Assembly: GCA_977862235.1 (NCBI GenBank)
Contig: OZ374563.1
Span: 1,860,001 to 1,924,000 of the forward strand
DNA: 64,000 nt
From: Dudresnaya verticillata
Lineage: Eukaryota
Reading direction: 5' to 3'
The notes under the pieces are model-generated. The model did no database searches, had not been told where the DNA came from, and saw only the letters and a program-made list of their open reading frames with translations. The translations under genes were made by a program, and so were the position numbers. Position 1 is the stretch's first letter. Each line of letters starts with the position of its first letter. Of this stretch, positions 50,434 to 60,988 are shown in pieces.

Positions 50434-50976
50434 TCACTCCAATGCTTCTTTCAGGTCTTGTAGCCTTTTCTTCAAGAATGGCACATGAACGCAGCACCCG
50501 GTGCTTCGTCTAATCAGGTTCGCTAGGCGCCGCGGATTTTCCTCGGACTTATCTCCCTCACCATCCATAAATCCACAGTGAGGGCCCTTCCATAGGTCCA
50601 GCAGAGTCAGCCTTTCTATCCGCCGCCGCTCATAAAATTTCTTTCCTCTGTAACTGAACTTATAGTTTCCGTCGAAGTACTGCTGAGAGACGGAGAAGTC
50701 TGCACTTTCAATTGCGCTGACGCCGTACACCCTTTCATGAAACGCTTTGAAAATAGACGTGTCATAGAGACGTATTCCTAGCTCTTCCAACCCGACGATA
50801 CGCATCTGACGCTGTCTTGCCCGACTGACTATACCCACAAACCTCTCCTCTCCCATACGCTTGACTGCCTCCTTTAAGCTCTCTCCTCTCGAGTTCTTAA
50901 AATCGTTTAGGTTCAGGGTCTCCCCTTGTGAGTTGTCGACTTCTTCTCTCCCTCCAGAAGCGTTGTGCGACGACAT
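50434..50976 (-). CDS. Orphan protein (about 180 aa), divergent from the ParB-MTase gene
   Basis: aaaATG start and protein-like composition; weak resemblance to the 49067 ORF. Confidence 0.45.
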   Translation of the reverse strand: MSSHNASGGREEVDNSQGETLNLNDFKNSRGESLKEAVKRMGEERFVGIVSRARQRQMRIVGLEELGIRLYDTSIFKAFHERVYGVSAIESADFSVSQQYFDGNYKFSYRGKKFYERRRIERLTLLDLWKGPHCGFMDGEGDKSEENPRRLANLIRRSTGCCVHVPFLKKRLQDLKEALE

Positions 50977-51710
50977 TTTTAACAGTAGTACTCCACGGAA
51001 TAGGTGCAACCTCTGGGCATTCGCTAGAATGAGTACGGGTGGCTGTGAAGCGCCTGGTTTCGAGATTCCAGCGCTCATGATTTGTGCACAAAAGGGTGGA
51101 GAGTCCGACTTTAAGGGTGCAGGCATTTCTGCACAAATGTACAGAGAGGCATCAAGATACGCAGTGTCACCATAGTCACCCGAGACAGTTTCGGTTGGTT
51201 CCGAGTTGGCGCCAACGCGTGGTCTAACCTTGAGTGTGGATAGGAGCTCAATCCAAATTGCTATACCTATACAATCGTATGACCTGCGACTCGCAGCCAT
51301 GCGCATGATTTGGTCGTGAATATCTCGCAGCCTGTTTTTCGGGTAGCATAGGACTACTGTACGGACTGCAGCCCGGATCTCTGTTGTACTGCAGACCCCG
51401 CATAGTAGTCACATCCTGGTCGGGTTTCGCAGTCCTGAGACTGGAGAGTTTAGTACCGAGACTGTAGCATGTATCTGTCCACGATTGGTATGAGCAAAAT
51501 CCATGCACAAGCGGATGAGGTCAATGACAGCGGCTGAGTCACATGGTTTTAATTTAATGCATATTCTTTCTCTCATGCAGTGGGAAACGTTGTACATGCA
51601 TGTATGGGGCAAGGGCGGAAAGCTGTGTCCGACAGAGGCAGTAGTCAGAATTCATTCAGACATCCCATCCAGAACTTCGGCTTACCGGTGCACACGATAG
51701 ACTGAGAAAT

Positions 51711-54643
51711 ATGCCACCGAAAAAGAAGAAGGCAGTGGCGGTGAGGTCTGTATCCAACACAGGACAGACCTCAGCAGACGTAAGAGTGCCTGTATCATCT
51801 GGGAATGATAGAGTTCTGTTCGGAGATGTCGTTAATGGAGCTACGCACAAGCGAGTCGACCCTCGTTCATGTGTCCCGTTGACCTACGTCCGCCCGATCT
51901 GCAGATCGGGCGTCGAGCGATTGAAGCGCATTTTCCGGGGGACCGACCGGTACAGTTCAGGGACATTGAAGTCTCCCGTGGAAGGAGCTCCGGACTCTAT
52001 CGGTTACGTGGCTGGTAGTGATATGCCTGTCGTTGTGCCATTGACAGGGGCATTGAGAAGCCGTGTGTCCGATTATTTCAGGTCACAAACAAGGAAGGAC
52101 TGTACGCGTCGTTCCGAGAAAGAAGTTCAGGACATTGTGAAATCGAGGGGGAAATGGTACGGAGTAGTTGATGGAATGCATAGATTGGCAGCTATTCGTG
52201 AGCTGCTTGAAGAAAACTACAACCAGTGGAAACCCTTTGACTGGCCTGTGCTGGAGCTGAACCCGCGGACCGACGTAGTCCTGAAGCAATTCGCTCGACA
52301 TCAGAATCGTAAGCACGATGCAAACTGCTTCGTGGAAACTACCCTGTATAACACATTGAAGGGTCTGAAAGATGAGGCTGATCGCCTTCAAGCGGAGGGA
52401 AATGGTATCAAGCCGACAGCAAAAGCGGTTGCGTCCGCTTACGATGGGGTGCTCATATGCACGAGAACACAGTGAGGCAGACAGCGCAAGTAGCTCTCCG
52501 ACTAAGTCATCGTGTCATCGATGCGATAGGGGAGATAATGGGGGAAGAAATACCGTAGCTTTCATTGGCTTCACGAAATGGAAGAACTGCTAAATCAGTA
52601 GCAGACGATGCCCTGATGTCGTCGATGGACTGCCGGGATTTCCGGAAGTTTATTACTCTGAACTCACTGAAGGCTGCCACAGAGTTCATGCGTGCGGGCC
52701 AAATGAGTGGCGTGGTACATGATGAGGGTGTGGAAGTCCAGGTCTCGACACTCTACCGCATTCGAGAAGTATGCAGGAGGAACGGGTTCAGGCCCGTTCT
52801 TTACGGGGTCACCAAATCAGAGTTCGGGAAGGCTAAAGATGCGCTAGCAGAGGTTCGCAAAGTCGAAGGCCTTCGTGAATCTGAGGACTGGCCGGGTCCC
52901 ATGGACACGATGCGGACAAATCTTCTGCGATCCGAAACGTTTGATGGCGATATCATGCTTAACAGGGGCAACGACACATTGATTTTGCAATGCATTCTGG
53001 ATATGTACAAGGACTGCTGTCCGGAAGACGCACCCCTGAAGATTCACAAGTACCATTCTGTTAGAGATAGGAACAGAAAGGAATGCGATGAAGAGAAGAA
53101 TTTAGACCGGGAGTGTGTGAATGAGATTACGACTGGAGTGCAAGATTCAGGGGGGGTCAATTCCGATCAGGTAACAACTGCTGGAAACAAGGACCATCCC
53201 TCTGACGGACAGATCGAACACGATGACGTTCCCTCTCCTTCTGTGAACGTAGATTCGTTACCTTGCAGTCGAGACCTCGGTTCTCCCGGAGACCATCACA
53301 ATCATGATGCAGAAGATATGCAGGGATCGGCTGTAAAATCTGCTGTGACGGTGAGCACGGAAAAATCGGAAAGGCTGGCTGTACGTGGGGACAAGCACGG
53401 ACCTGACGACCATTTGCAAGCTGATATCTTGAAGTCGTACAGAATAACCTGCCATCAGATGCGGTGGCAGGTATACAATAAGAATATTCGCGAGGGTGTT
53501 GGTGATCTATACGACATAGTTCTTACCGACACACCGTATGGAACGCCTGAATCACAGTCTGGTGCAGGGAAACACTACGACAACTATATGAGTGATTCTG
53601 AAATATCCGAGCTTGCAGAAATGTGCAGGGAATCCGTTGTACCGGGAGGGTGGGTGTTCATGTTCGTGTCCTACCAGACATTCGAACCTATAAGGCAGGC
53701 TCTTCTGAAGGCCGGATTCACTTGCCCAACGTACGCCTTTTCGATTGCGAAGGATACACACACGGTGCAGGAGAGGCGAGGAAATGACTGTCCCCAAAAT
53801 GGCCACGAAATTGCGGTCATGGGAAGAGCCCCAGGACAACACCCCAACGGATTTAAAGTGGATCTTCGAAGCCCATATCAATTAGTGAAGGCTTCGGAAA
53901 AGAGAAAGTTTGCGTGCATGTCTCAAATTCCCGTTTCTAAGAAGAAGCTCCTTAAACCGGGTACAAAATCCCCGGTGCCTACTGAGGAGAAGAATGTTTA
54001 GCTTTTGGTGGAATTGTTAACGACCTTCTGCCCTGAGGGGGGGGCCATTTTGGACATGTATGCTGGAACGATGACAGCTGCAATTGCAGCCGTGCAGACT
54101 GGTAGGAAATGCACCTGTATAGAGCAGAGCCTACAGACATACAGGCTTGCAGTTGCACGCCTGAAAAGGATAGCAAGTGATCATCGCAAGTTGTCGGAAG
54201 GAATGGAAGGAACACCATTGTGCCATGGTACAGCGGGAGAGGCCCTGGGAGAAGACCAGGGAGCGGATGTGGAAAACCCGCAACAGAAACTGCTCAGGAA
54301 TGAGGCGAAGAAGAATTCGGATTGTATCACTGGCGGCGATGCAGTTGTTCTGTACGTTGGGAAGAACGCTGTTGGGAAGGCAAAAGTCCAATTCGGGGCA
54401 AGTCCTGATGAAAACGTTCGCAAGCAGATTCATCTGAAACCCCTGTCGGAATACGAAAAGCCAGGACAGGAACTCGTTGCGGTGTACGCCTTCGAATGTG
54501 ATTCATCCTTTGCCACCTCAGCATATCCGTATAACTTTCATGTCCCGAACGGCCGCCCTTCCACGATTCTAAGTGAGCTAGACGGATTTTTTGCATGGGA
54601 TATCCATGCGATGAAAGCCCAGGAGCGGTGCGACCAGAAATGA
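51711..54643 (+). pseudogene. NLS-ParB/Srx-HTH fused to a beta-class N6-adenine/N4-cytosine DNA methyltransferase plus a C-terminal Tnp1/EnSpm-like domain (about 975 aa if repaired)
   Basis: MPPKKKK; ParB motifs MPVVVP and YGVVDGMHRLAAIREL; HTH-like TAKAVASAYDG..ENTVRQTAQVA; motif IV YDIVLTDTPYG (53528-53539); PTEEKN; motif I ILDMYAGTMTAAIAA..GRKCTCIE. Lesions: frameshift near 52450, TAG at 52556 and TAG at 53999. Confidence 0.82.
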
Positions 54644-55105
54644 GGGTAAAGCAGAGTTGAGCACAATAATCGTTCGCTTCACTAGTTTCCTACGCCATAG
54701 CGCAATATCGTAAGCCATAATCACATGCTACTCCTCGCTGGAGACACTGTACTGCCATCGACAGTGCTATCCCGGTAGAAGTCCACAGCGCAAAAGTTGC
54801 ATCATCGCTCGGTCCCATTTCCGCAGCAACGTCTCTTTCACACTGTCGAATCTGCAGAGTTCCATCGAATTATAGCTCTTGCAGAGCATGGGATGAATGT
54901 CGAGCGGCATGGAAGATCTGCCAGCAAGCATCTACAGGAATGATGCATCCACGGCCCCGGTAGAGTAGTAGTAGCGAGGCGGGTCGGGTCACAGCACGGT
55001 GAGAATACCGAGAGCTTCGATTTGCAGGTAGGTGCACTCGAGCAATACACTTGCGTCTCATCGCGGGACGAGTGCCCGTAGTTCCGAAATTACTGCAATC
55101 GCGTG

Positions 55106-55390
55106 AAAACCTATCCAATATTATGGAGAATGACCAACAGCTTTTCGGAAAGCCGCACGTAAATTTCTATTAAACAGCACATACACTGTACGAGATCTAA
55201 AAATCTATGATAGGTTTTCCGAAACGTGAGTGCTCATGTGCTGTTTAATAGCTTTTTGAATCTCACTAGTCGAAAAGCTGTTATAGGTTTTGCGATTGCC
55301 TCGGGCCAAACACCTTTTTGATAGAAACTACGTTTGATCGACCCCAGGACCTATTCCATATTATGGAGAATGCAAGATAGCTTTTCAGGT
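55106..55390. repeat. Cluster of short direct and inverted repeats
   Basis: ATATTATGGAGAATG twice; AAAACCTAT/ATAGGTTTT; AACAGCTTTTCG/CGAAAAGCTGTT. Confidence 0.7.
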
Positions 55391-55900
55391 CGCGCGGCAT
55401 AACTCTCCAGGATTTTTTCCACAAGATTTATCGCTGATTCCCTTCTGGGACTTTTCTTTCGGAACACCTGGGTCCCTCCACCCATCCGGTTGCTGCCCAG
55501 CGCCCTCCCAAACGCAATCGCAACCGAACCGCCGCGTTTCGCTACAACCCCCTCCCGCCCGCCCCCCGCGACTGGCGCCAGGTCGCGCCCCACCGCACCC
55601 CACCGACCCGCACAACTACTGTGCTTCCCGTCGCACTTCCGCACCACGCCCCCGAAGCTGCATTGGGGCCTTTTTATGCGTTGCGTGCAGTCCAGATGGA
55701 AAGAATATCTCCCCGAGCGGTGAAGATGATCTGGTTTCGATCTGGTGCAGAAAGTTGTGCGAACACGTCTGGTCGAGGGTGAGGTGCTCTACATAGGAGT
55801 ATACAACTTTCATCAATTGCCGCCTCTGTGATTGATGCACCAGCGACCGCATTTTGGTCAGGGCGGCTTGTCGTCGCCACAATTCTCGGTTAGGGTTTAA

Positions 55901-56621
55901 ATGGAGGTATTCCCATGCGTTTATCGCCGTATGGAGCGCTTTAGGGGTCGCGCCACGGAAAGCTTGCTCGCGAAGAAGAAGCTGCGATACTGTACGCCTC
56001 GCAGTGGCCAGGAGCAATGGGAGATAGGTGTTACTTTTCTATTGCTACCGTTCCTGCTGATCACGCTGACCTTGCTCACCATCGTCGTGTGCGTCAGCGT
56101 GTGGGCAAGCGTGTTCCGACGGCAACTCTTTTGAAGTTATTCACGGCCACCCGCCAGAGGAGGCCGGAAGCGGCTCTGCTCGCCGGGACAAGCTTTCAGA
56201 AACGGAGGTGAACGCCATGTTTCCCTCCTTTGTCTTCACGAATGGTGAAACGGCCGCGTTGGGGGCGACCGGCGATGTGTGCTGCTCGGTGTGCTTGTGT
56301 AGCTTTGAGGAAGGGCACATGCTGCGGCGGCTTGCATGTGGACATTGTTATCACTCGACGTGCCTGGACCAGTGGCTGTTGACGAATGCAACGTGCACTC
56401 GATGTCGAAAGTCGGCAAGGATCAACGGTGAGGCAACACGGTATTCGTGGTTCTCACGGCGGGTGTTTTCTCGTGTGTTTGGCAGTATAAGGTTCCCAAC
56501 CAGATTGCTCCCACCGTTCTTGAAACCGCGGGGGAGAGACATTGGGCTGTACGAAACAGTAGAGACAGAGGAGTTCTTATCGGAAAGCGATTTGTCGAGG
56601 CTCTTCGGCCCGGGTCCATGA
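55901..56621 (+). pseudogene. TM + RING-H2 (ATL-like) E3 ubiquitin ligase, frameshifted in a T-run near 56130
   Basis: TM segment FLLLPFLLITLTLLTIVVCVSVW; LSETEVNAMFPSFVF; CSVC..CGHCYHSTC..W..CTRC. The 5' boundary is uncertain. Confidence 0.75.
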
Positions 56622-56896
56622 CGTGACGGTTGGGTGCGAGCATTGGCATTTTTGTGATACACATATAGAGCTATTTATTACTCACGGGACGCAGAATCGT
56701 TTTCGCAACAGGGTTGGCTGAGAAAATAGACAGACGTACCAAAGGCTAGAATGAGGACAGAAGAGCCCCCGCTGACATCGGGGAGAATGACGGTTCAGGC
56801 CGTAGAATGATGCCGCCGTCCCTGGCGTTAGTCAGTGTTCAAGCTATGGGCGGATGAGCCCAGAAAGAAGAAACTCCGGCAACCCCGGACGAAGGG

Positions 56897-57912
56897 TTGC
56901 CAATTCGAACGAAGTATCATTCGTCTGATATCCGATGTTTCACGGAGCGCGAGATTGGACGAATGATCGAATTAGGCATCGAGAGATCCTTAACGACTAG
57001 CGTCGTGGCACTGTTGGAGAGCCAATCCGATGATAACTTTTTAAAGGTCAAGAGGTACATTGATGAGGCATCCGCGCGCCACGATGATCGCCTCCTGGCG
57101 AGGTGTCAGCAAGAGATTGAATCTCGAGGTCGACCAGGTCCTCCCAGAGGATTAGACGAAGAAAGGGTCGAAACCCTGCAGGCGCAAGTGGATTCCCTCG
57201 GGGACCAAGTGGATACCGTCCAAGAGGAACTACAGGCGCTCAACAAGGTCACAGACCTAACAAGAACAGAAGCCGTAATGGCTATACAAGACGTTCAACG
57301 GAACGTGGACGACACAAGGTGTGTCGAACAAGATCGAGCCATCGAGCCCTTACGCAGAGATCTCGATGGAGAAAGACGGAAGGTCGCGTTGCTAGAAGCA
57401 AAGATGAGGCGACTTAATCTTGAAAGGGATTTAATCCCTGAAGTCGAACGACGACGCTCCCCTGTGCCTCGAGGCACCAGGGACCGTCGCAAGATGCCAC
57501 AGTCTCCGCGACGTGACTCGGGAGGGGAGTCTGGAAATGGCGACTTTGGTCGTGAAAGGACGGAACACCCTCGGTGTGATTGCCGGGCGACACACGTTTC
57601 CAACGTGGGCGCAGCCGAATTGACTCACGTCAAGACCGGTACTCAAGCCGCAAGGCGGAAGATCAACGCCGAAGTAATTCCTACCCTGCTCCGAAACACT
57701 CGGATGAAGATGAACCCACCTCGCGAGGTCTTTCCCGACCGTCAAGGAGCTCTGGGAGAGGCCCACGTCGGACGGGACCCAAGGAGTTGGCTCCACGAAA
57801 CCCTGCCTTTGTACAGGTTCTTTCGTACCGACGCTATCGGTTGTTGAATGTCGATTCATATCGAGGACCGGAAGTAACGGAAGCCACGTCCAAGAAGATT
57901 AAACGGGTTAAA
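56897..57912 (+). pseudogene. Truncated gag fragment related to element C
   Basis: RGLDEERVETLQAQVDS, RRRSPVPRGTRDRR and LSYRRYRLLN..YRGPEVTE..KKIKRVK are near-identical to the 43.4-45.1 kb proteins; no LTRs seen. Confidence 0.85.
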
Positions 57913-57954
57913 TACGTAACAGACACAGGACAACGCTGTCGGGAACGCGGGATG

Positions 57955-58727
57955 TTTTGCTCTTGCAGCCTGGGCTGCGGTCTGAGGGGCATCAGTCATC
58001 GATTCATCCGCCTTCAGGCCCGGAAGCTCTGCAGAGACGATGAACTTGACGCCGTCCTTGCCGACAACTTTGATACAAAAGCGGGGCTGGTTGATGACGA
58101 GACGCTTCTGGACCTCAGCGATGCACTTGCGAATGACCACTAGGTCATCGTTCAAAGTCATATTCTTCTTCCAATAGCGATCAAGCGTCGATAACACAAA
58201 GTACTGTGCATACCCTTCCGCGGCGAAAGTGAGCTTATGTAGCGTACCGAGGTAATCGCACGAATACAGCGACGGGCCGTCGCCGTTGGGCAGTGAGTCG
58301 TACCCCGCGATCATGACATTGCACTGATGCGGCGCTTTTCTGCTCGCAACACACGGGAAAACATAAGCAGGAAGAAAGGTTAGAGCGGTGACCTTCTCGC
58401 GCAATGGGACACGCAAAACGAATATGCATCCGCGGTATCCCTTTCGTAGCTGAGGAACTTGGCGAGCTCGCCGCGCGTGTAGTTCGCGACGGCAGCGGTG
58501 GACATGGTGATGCCAGAGCGCAGGTTGTACAGTCTGACGTCCTTCTACACGTGTTCGGTGAACTTTGCAACGTCTCCGGCGACACCAGCGGCGGCGAAGA
58601 GTTTGTACTCGTCGAGTGCGCGGATCTTGTCCATGTCCTCCTTCATGAAGACGACGGACCCGGCACTGGCAACATCTGCGGCAATAACAACGAAGTCGCC
58701 GCCCTGCAGCGCGATGATCGACTCCGT
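57955..58727 (-). pseudogene. PSMB2: Proteasome subunit beta type-2 (beta-4/PRE1) pseudogene with retained intron
   Basis: (ACG)ESIIALQGGDFVVIAAD..MKEDMDKI..V*KDVRLYNLRSG..ANYTRGELAKFLR / KAP..NVMIAGYD..PSLY..DYLG..GYAQYFVLSTLDRYW..CIAEVQKRLVIN. Start ATG>ACG, internal TAG, and an intron (about 58340-58450) with donor GT>CT, CTAAC branch point and CAG acceptor. Confidence 0.9.
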
Positions 58728-59049
58728 TGTGGATTTGCAGCGGGGCGATTGGGGTGTGGCTAGGCTCGAATGCTGATGGTGTTGGCGGGGCGGCTTGGGG
58801 CAGGCGATTTGATGGAGGGGGCGGAGGTTCCAGCGCGTTCAGGCGCAGCGCTGGATCGCCTTGGCATTGCAGTGCCTGACGTGGATCGCGCCTTACAGAA
58901 TAATCTCGAGTTGCTATTCGCCGCGCAGCCCGGAGCATCCACCGAAACGAAACACGACCAGCATCGCACGCCTACTCGCGTGCTTCGCATACCATCCCTT
59001 CCTGCTCTATGTCCTGCTTCGTGCCCAACCTCCTCCGCTCCAAACCACC

Positions 59050-59214
59050 ATGTCTGCCCTCCTCTCCCCGCCGCGCCCGGTGCGCACGCGCTTCAAAGTA
59101 CCGGGCGAGGGCGCATATGAGCTATGCACGGAGCTGCCGCCACCGCCAACTCTCCCACCGCCACCCCCCAAAACGCCCGCTACGCCAACCCCAGCCACGC
59201 CCCCACCTGGCTAG
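59050..59214 (+). pseudogene. 5' fragment of a gene divergent from PSMB2, possibly WDR20/DMWD-like
   Basis: accATG, then MSALLSPPRPVRTRFKVPGEGAYEL, resembling the N-terminal 'T.F...EG.Y.L' motif of WDR20-like proteins; truncated after a Pro-rich stretch. Confidence 0.35.
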
Positions 59215-59682
59215 TGACATCTTGCGAAGGGAAGGAATCCTCGGGACTTAAAAAGGCGTCAATGCTGTAGCGTTGCGGCAAGCAACGAATTGGGGATCTC
59301 ACTTTCGGTTCTGCAGAGTTAACTCTGGTCCATCATCCGCAGGAAGGATGGCGTCTTTTGATAGTATCGCAAGGTATCATACTATTCAATCACTGGCAGA
59401 CTCACCTCTGGGCTCGTTCAACACAATGGGAGAGAGAATTTTCTCAGCCTCATTGCACTCCTGCAACTCCCGTGGCGTGTCGGGAAAGCTCCGAGTACGG
59501 GAATCTGCAGTTAGAAGAACGGGGCGGCGGCTTTGGAGGAAAGAAAGGCGGACGCGGTGTGGTAGAGGGGCCCAGCGGAAAGGCAACCTAGATGACGCGA
59601 GAAACGGCTCGGGTCGTGACGTGCGCTCAGAAATCTTTACTAATGGCGGCTACCGTGACATGGAGGTTCCGGAACAGATCTT

Positions 59683-60215
59683 CTAGGATTCGGAGCGGGA
59701 GGATCGTGGGCTGGATTGGGCCTCCACAGATGTCATCACCGCTTGTAGGGCAAATATAGCCTGCGATAAAGCCAATGTTATACTGCGATGGACCCGATGG
59801 AAGACACTGCCAACCATGCGCAGAGCCGCTCGCTGCAGACGGGCAACCAGCTGACGCAGCTCATCCTGAGCGCTCCTAAGTTGCTGGAATTCTTCTTCAA
59901 GCTCAACGAGCTGCGCTTCGACATCTTCAAGACTTATGTCTTCCGTTTGCATCAGGCTTGTTCTGTGACTTCAGACTCCTCGTTTCTGCGGGCAAGGTGG
60001 CGCTGCAAAGCCGCGATATGTACCCTTGCTTCTGTAAGTTTCTCCTGGATGAAGACAAGCAGACGGTTGATTTGGCACACAACTGGCCACCCTAGTCGCT
60101 GAAGCTCACGCGACAAGTACGATACCGTCACCCGAATGGTCCTGATCTCCCCCTGTAGTGTTGCTATTCTCTCCTGAGCGGAATGCAGCCTCCCTTCTCT
60201 TGTCTCTTGATACAT
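59683..60215 (-). CDS. Two abutting small coiled-coil ORFs (87 aa and 89 aa) joined by a TGATG overlap
   Basis: Heptad-rich sequences; the stop of the first ORF and the start of the second share base 59952. Confidence 0.4.
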
Positions 60216-60988
60216 GTTGTGCGTAAGGTAGAGTCTGGAATGTTTGTCTCACGGCGAACTTCAAATTTGCAGACTGGTACTTGATGCACAGGTTGGTGCA
60301 TGTTCGCAAACTGGTGAAAAGCCATCTGTAGCCCACGGCAGCTCATTGGATTGACTTGTCCTTCTTCTGCAAGAAAAATCACGGGGTATCGAGACGTAGA
60401 CACCAACGCAGCCGGCAGGCGGGGTCTTACTTCTCAGCCCCTCTCGATGCTATTTCTTATCCTTGACGCCCATCAGTATTACCCGCTTGCGGTCGCATGG
60501 CGGAATAGAGCAGTCTGCAGGGCGTACCCTTGCAATACAGAGTACTGCTTCTTGATTGACAGGGACTCGAGATTCGCGACTTGTCCGTTCTGATTGGTAA
60601 CATGGCACGCTCGTCTCTCGAATCAGACTGTTTTGTTCGCACTGGCGCTATAGTGTATGGCGGAATGGAGTGGTGCATACAGAGCGAGAGGGAAGCCCTT
60701 CCAATACCAGTCGTTTTAACTGGGATCCGTAGCAACTGTGGGCATGCGCAAGCCTGTCATGCAGAACGCCCCACCGCCTCTGGAACAGTATTATATCGGT
60801 GACGTTTCAGAAGCGCCCTCGCCGCTCCCGAGTATTTCAGCTCTTCAGAACAAGTAGCGCACAGCTATCGCGCCCTAGCGGGAACATCGATTTTGTTGCT
60901 TCACTTCGCCCGCCCTGAGTGCAAGGAGCATCTTGCACTAGTGAATTGCAAAAGGCTCAGACTCCCCTGCCGAAAGGGGTAGTAGGGC

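Noticed and set aside
57856..58938. 360-aa minus-strand ORF as an intact gene
   Set aside because: It is a chimera of an off-frame exon 1, the intron and PSMB2 exon 2 running into the gag fragment.
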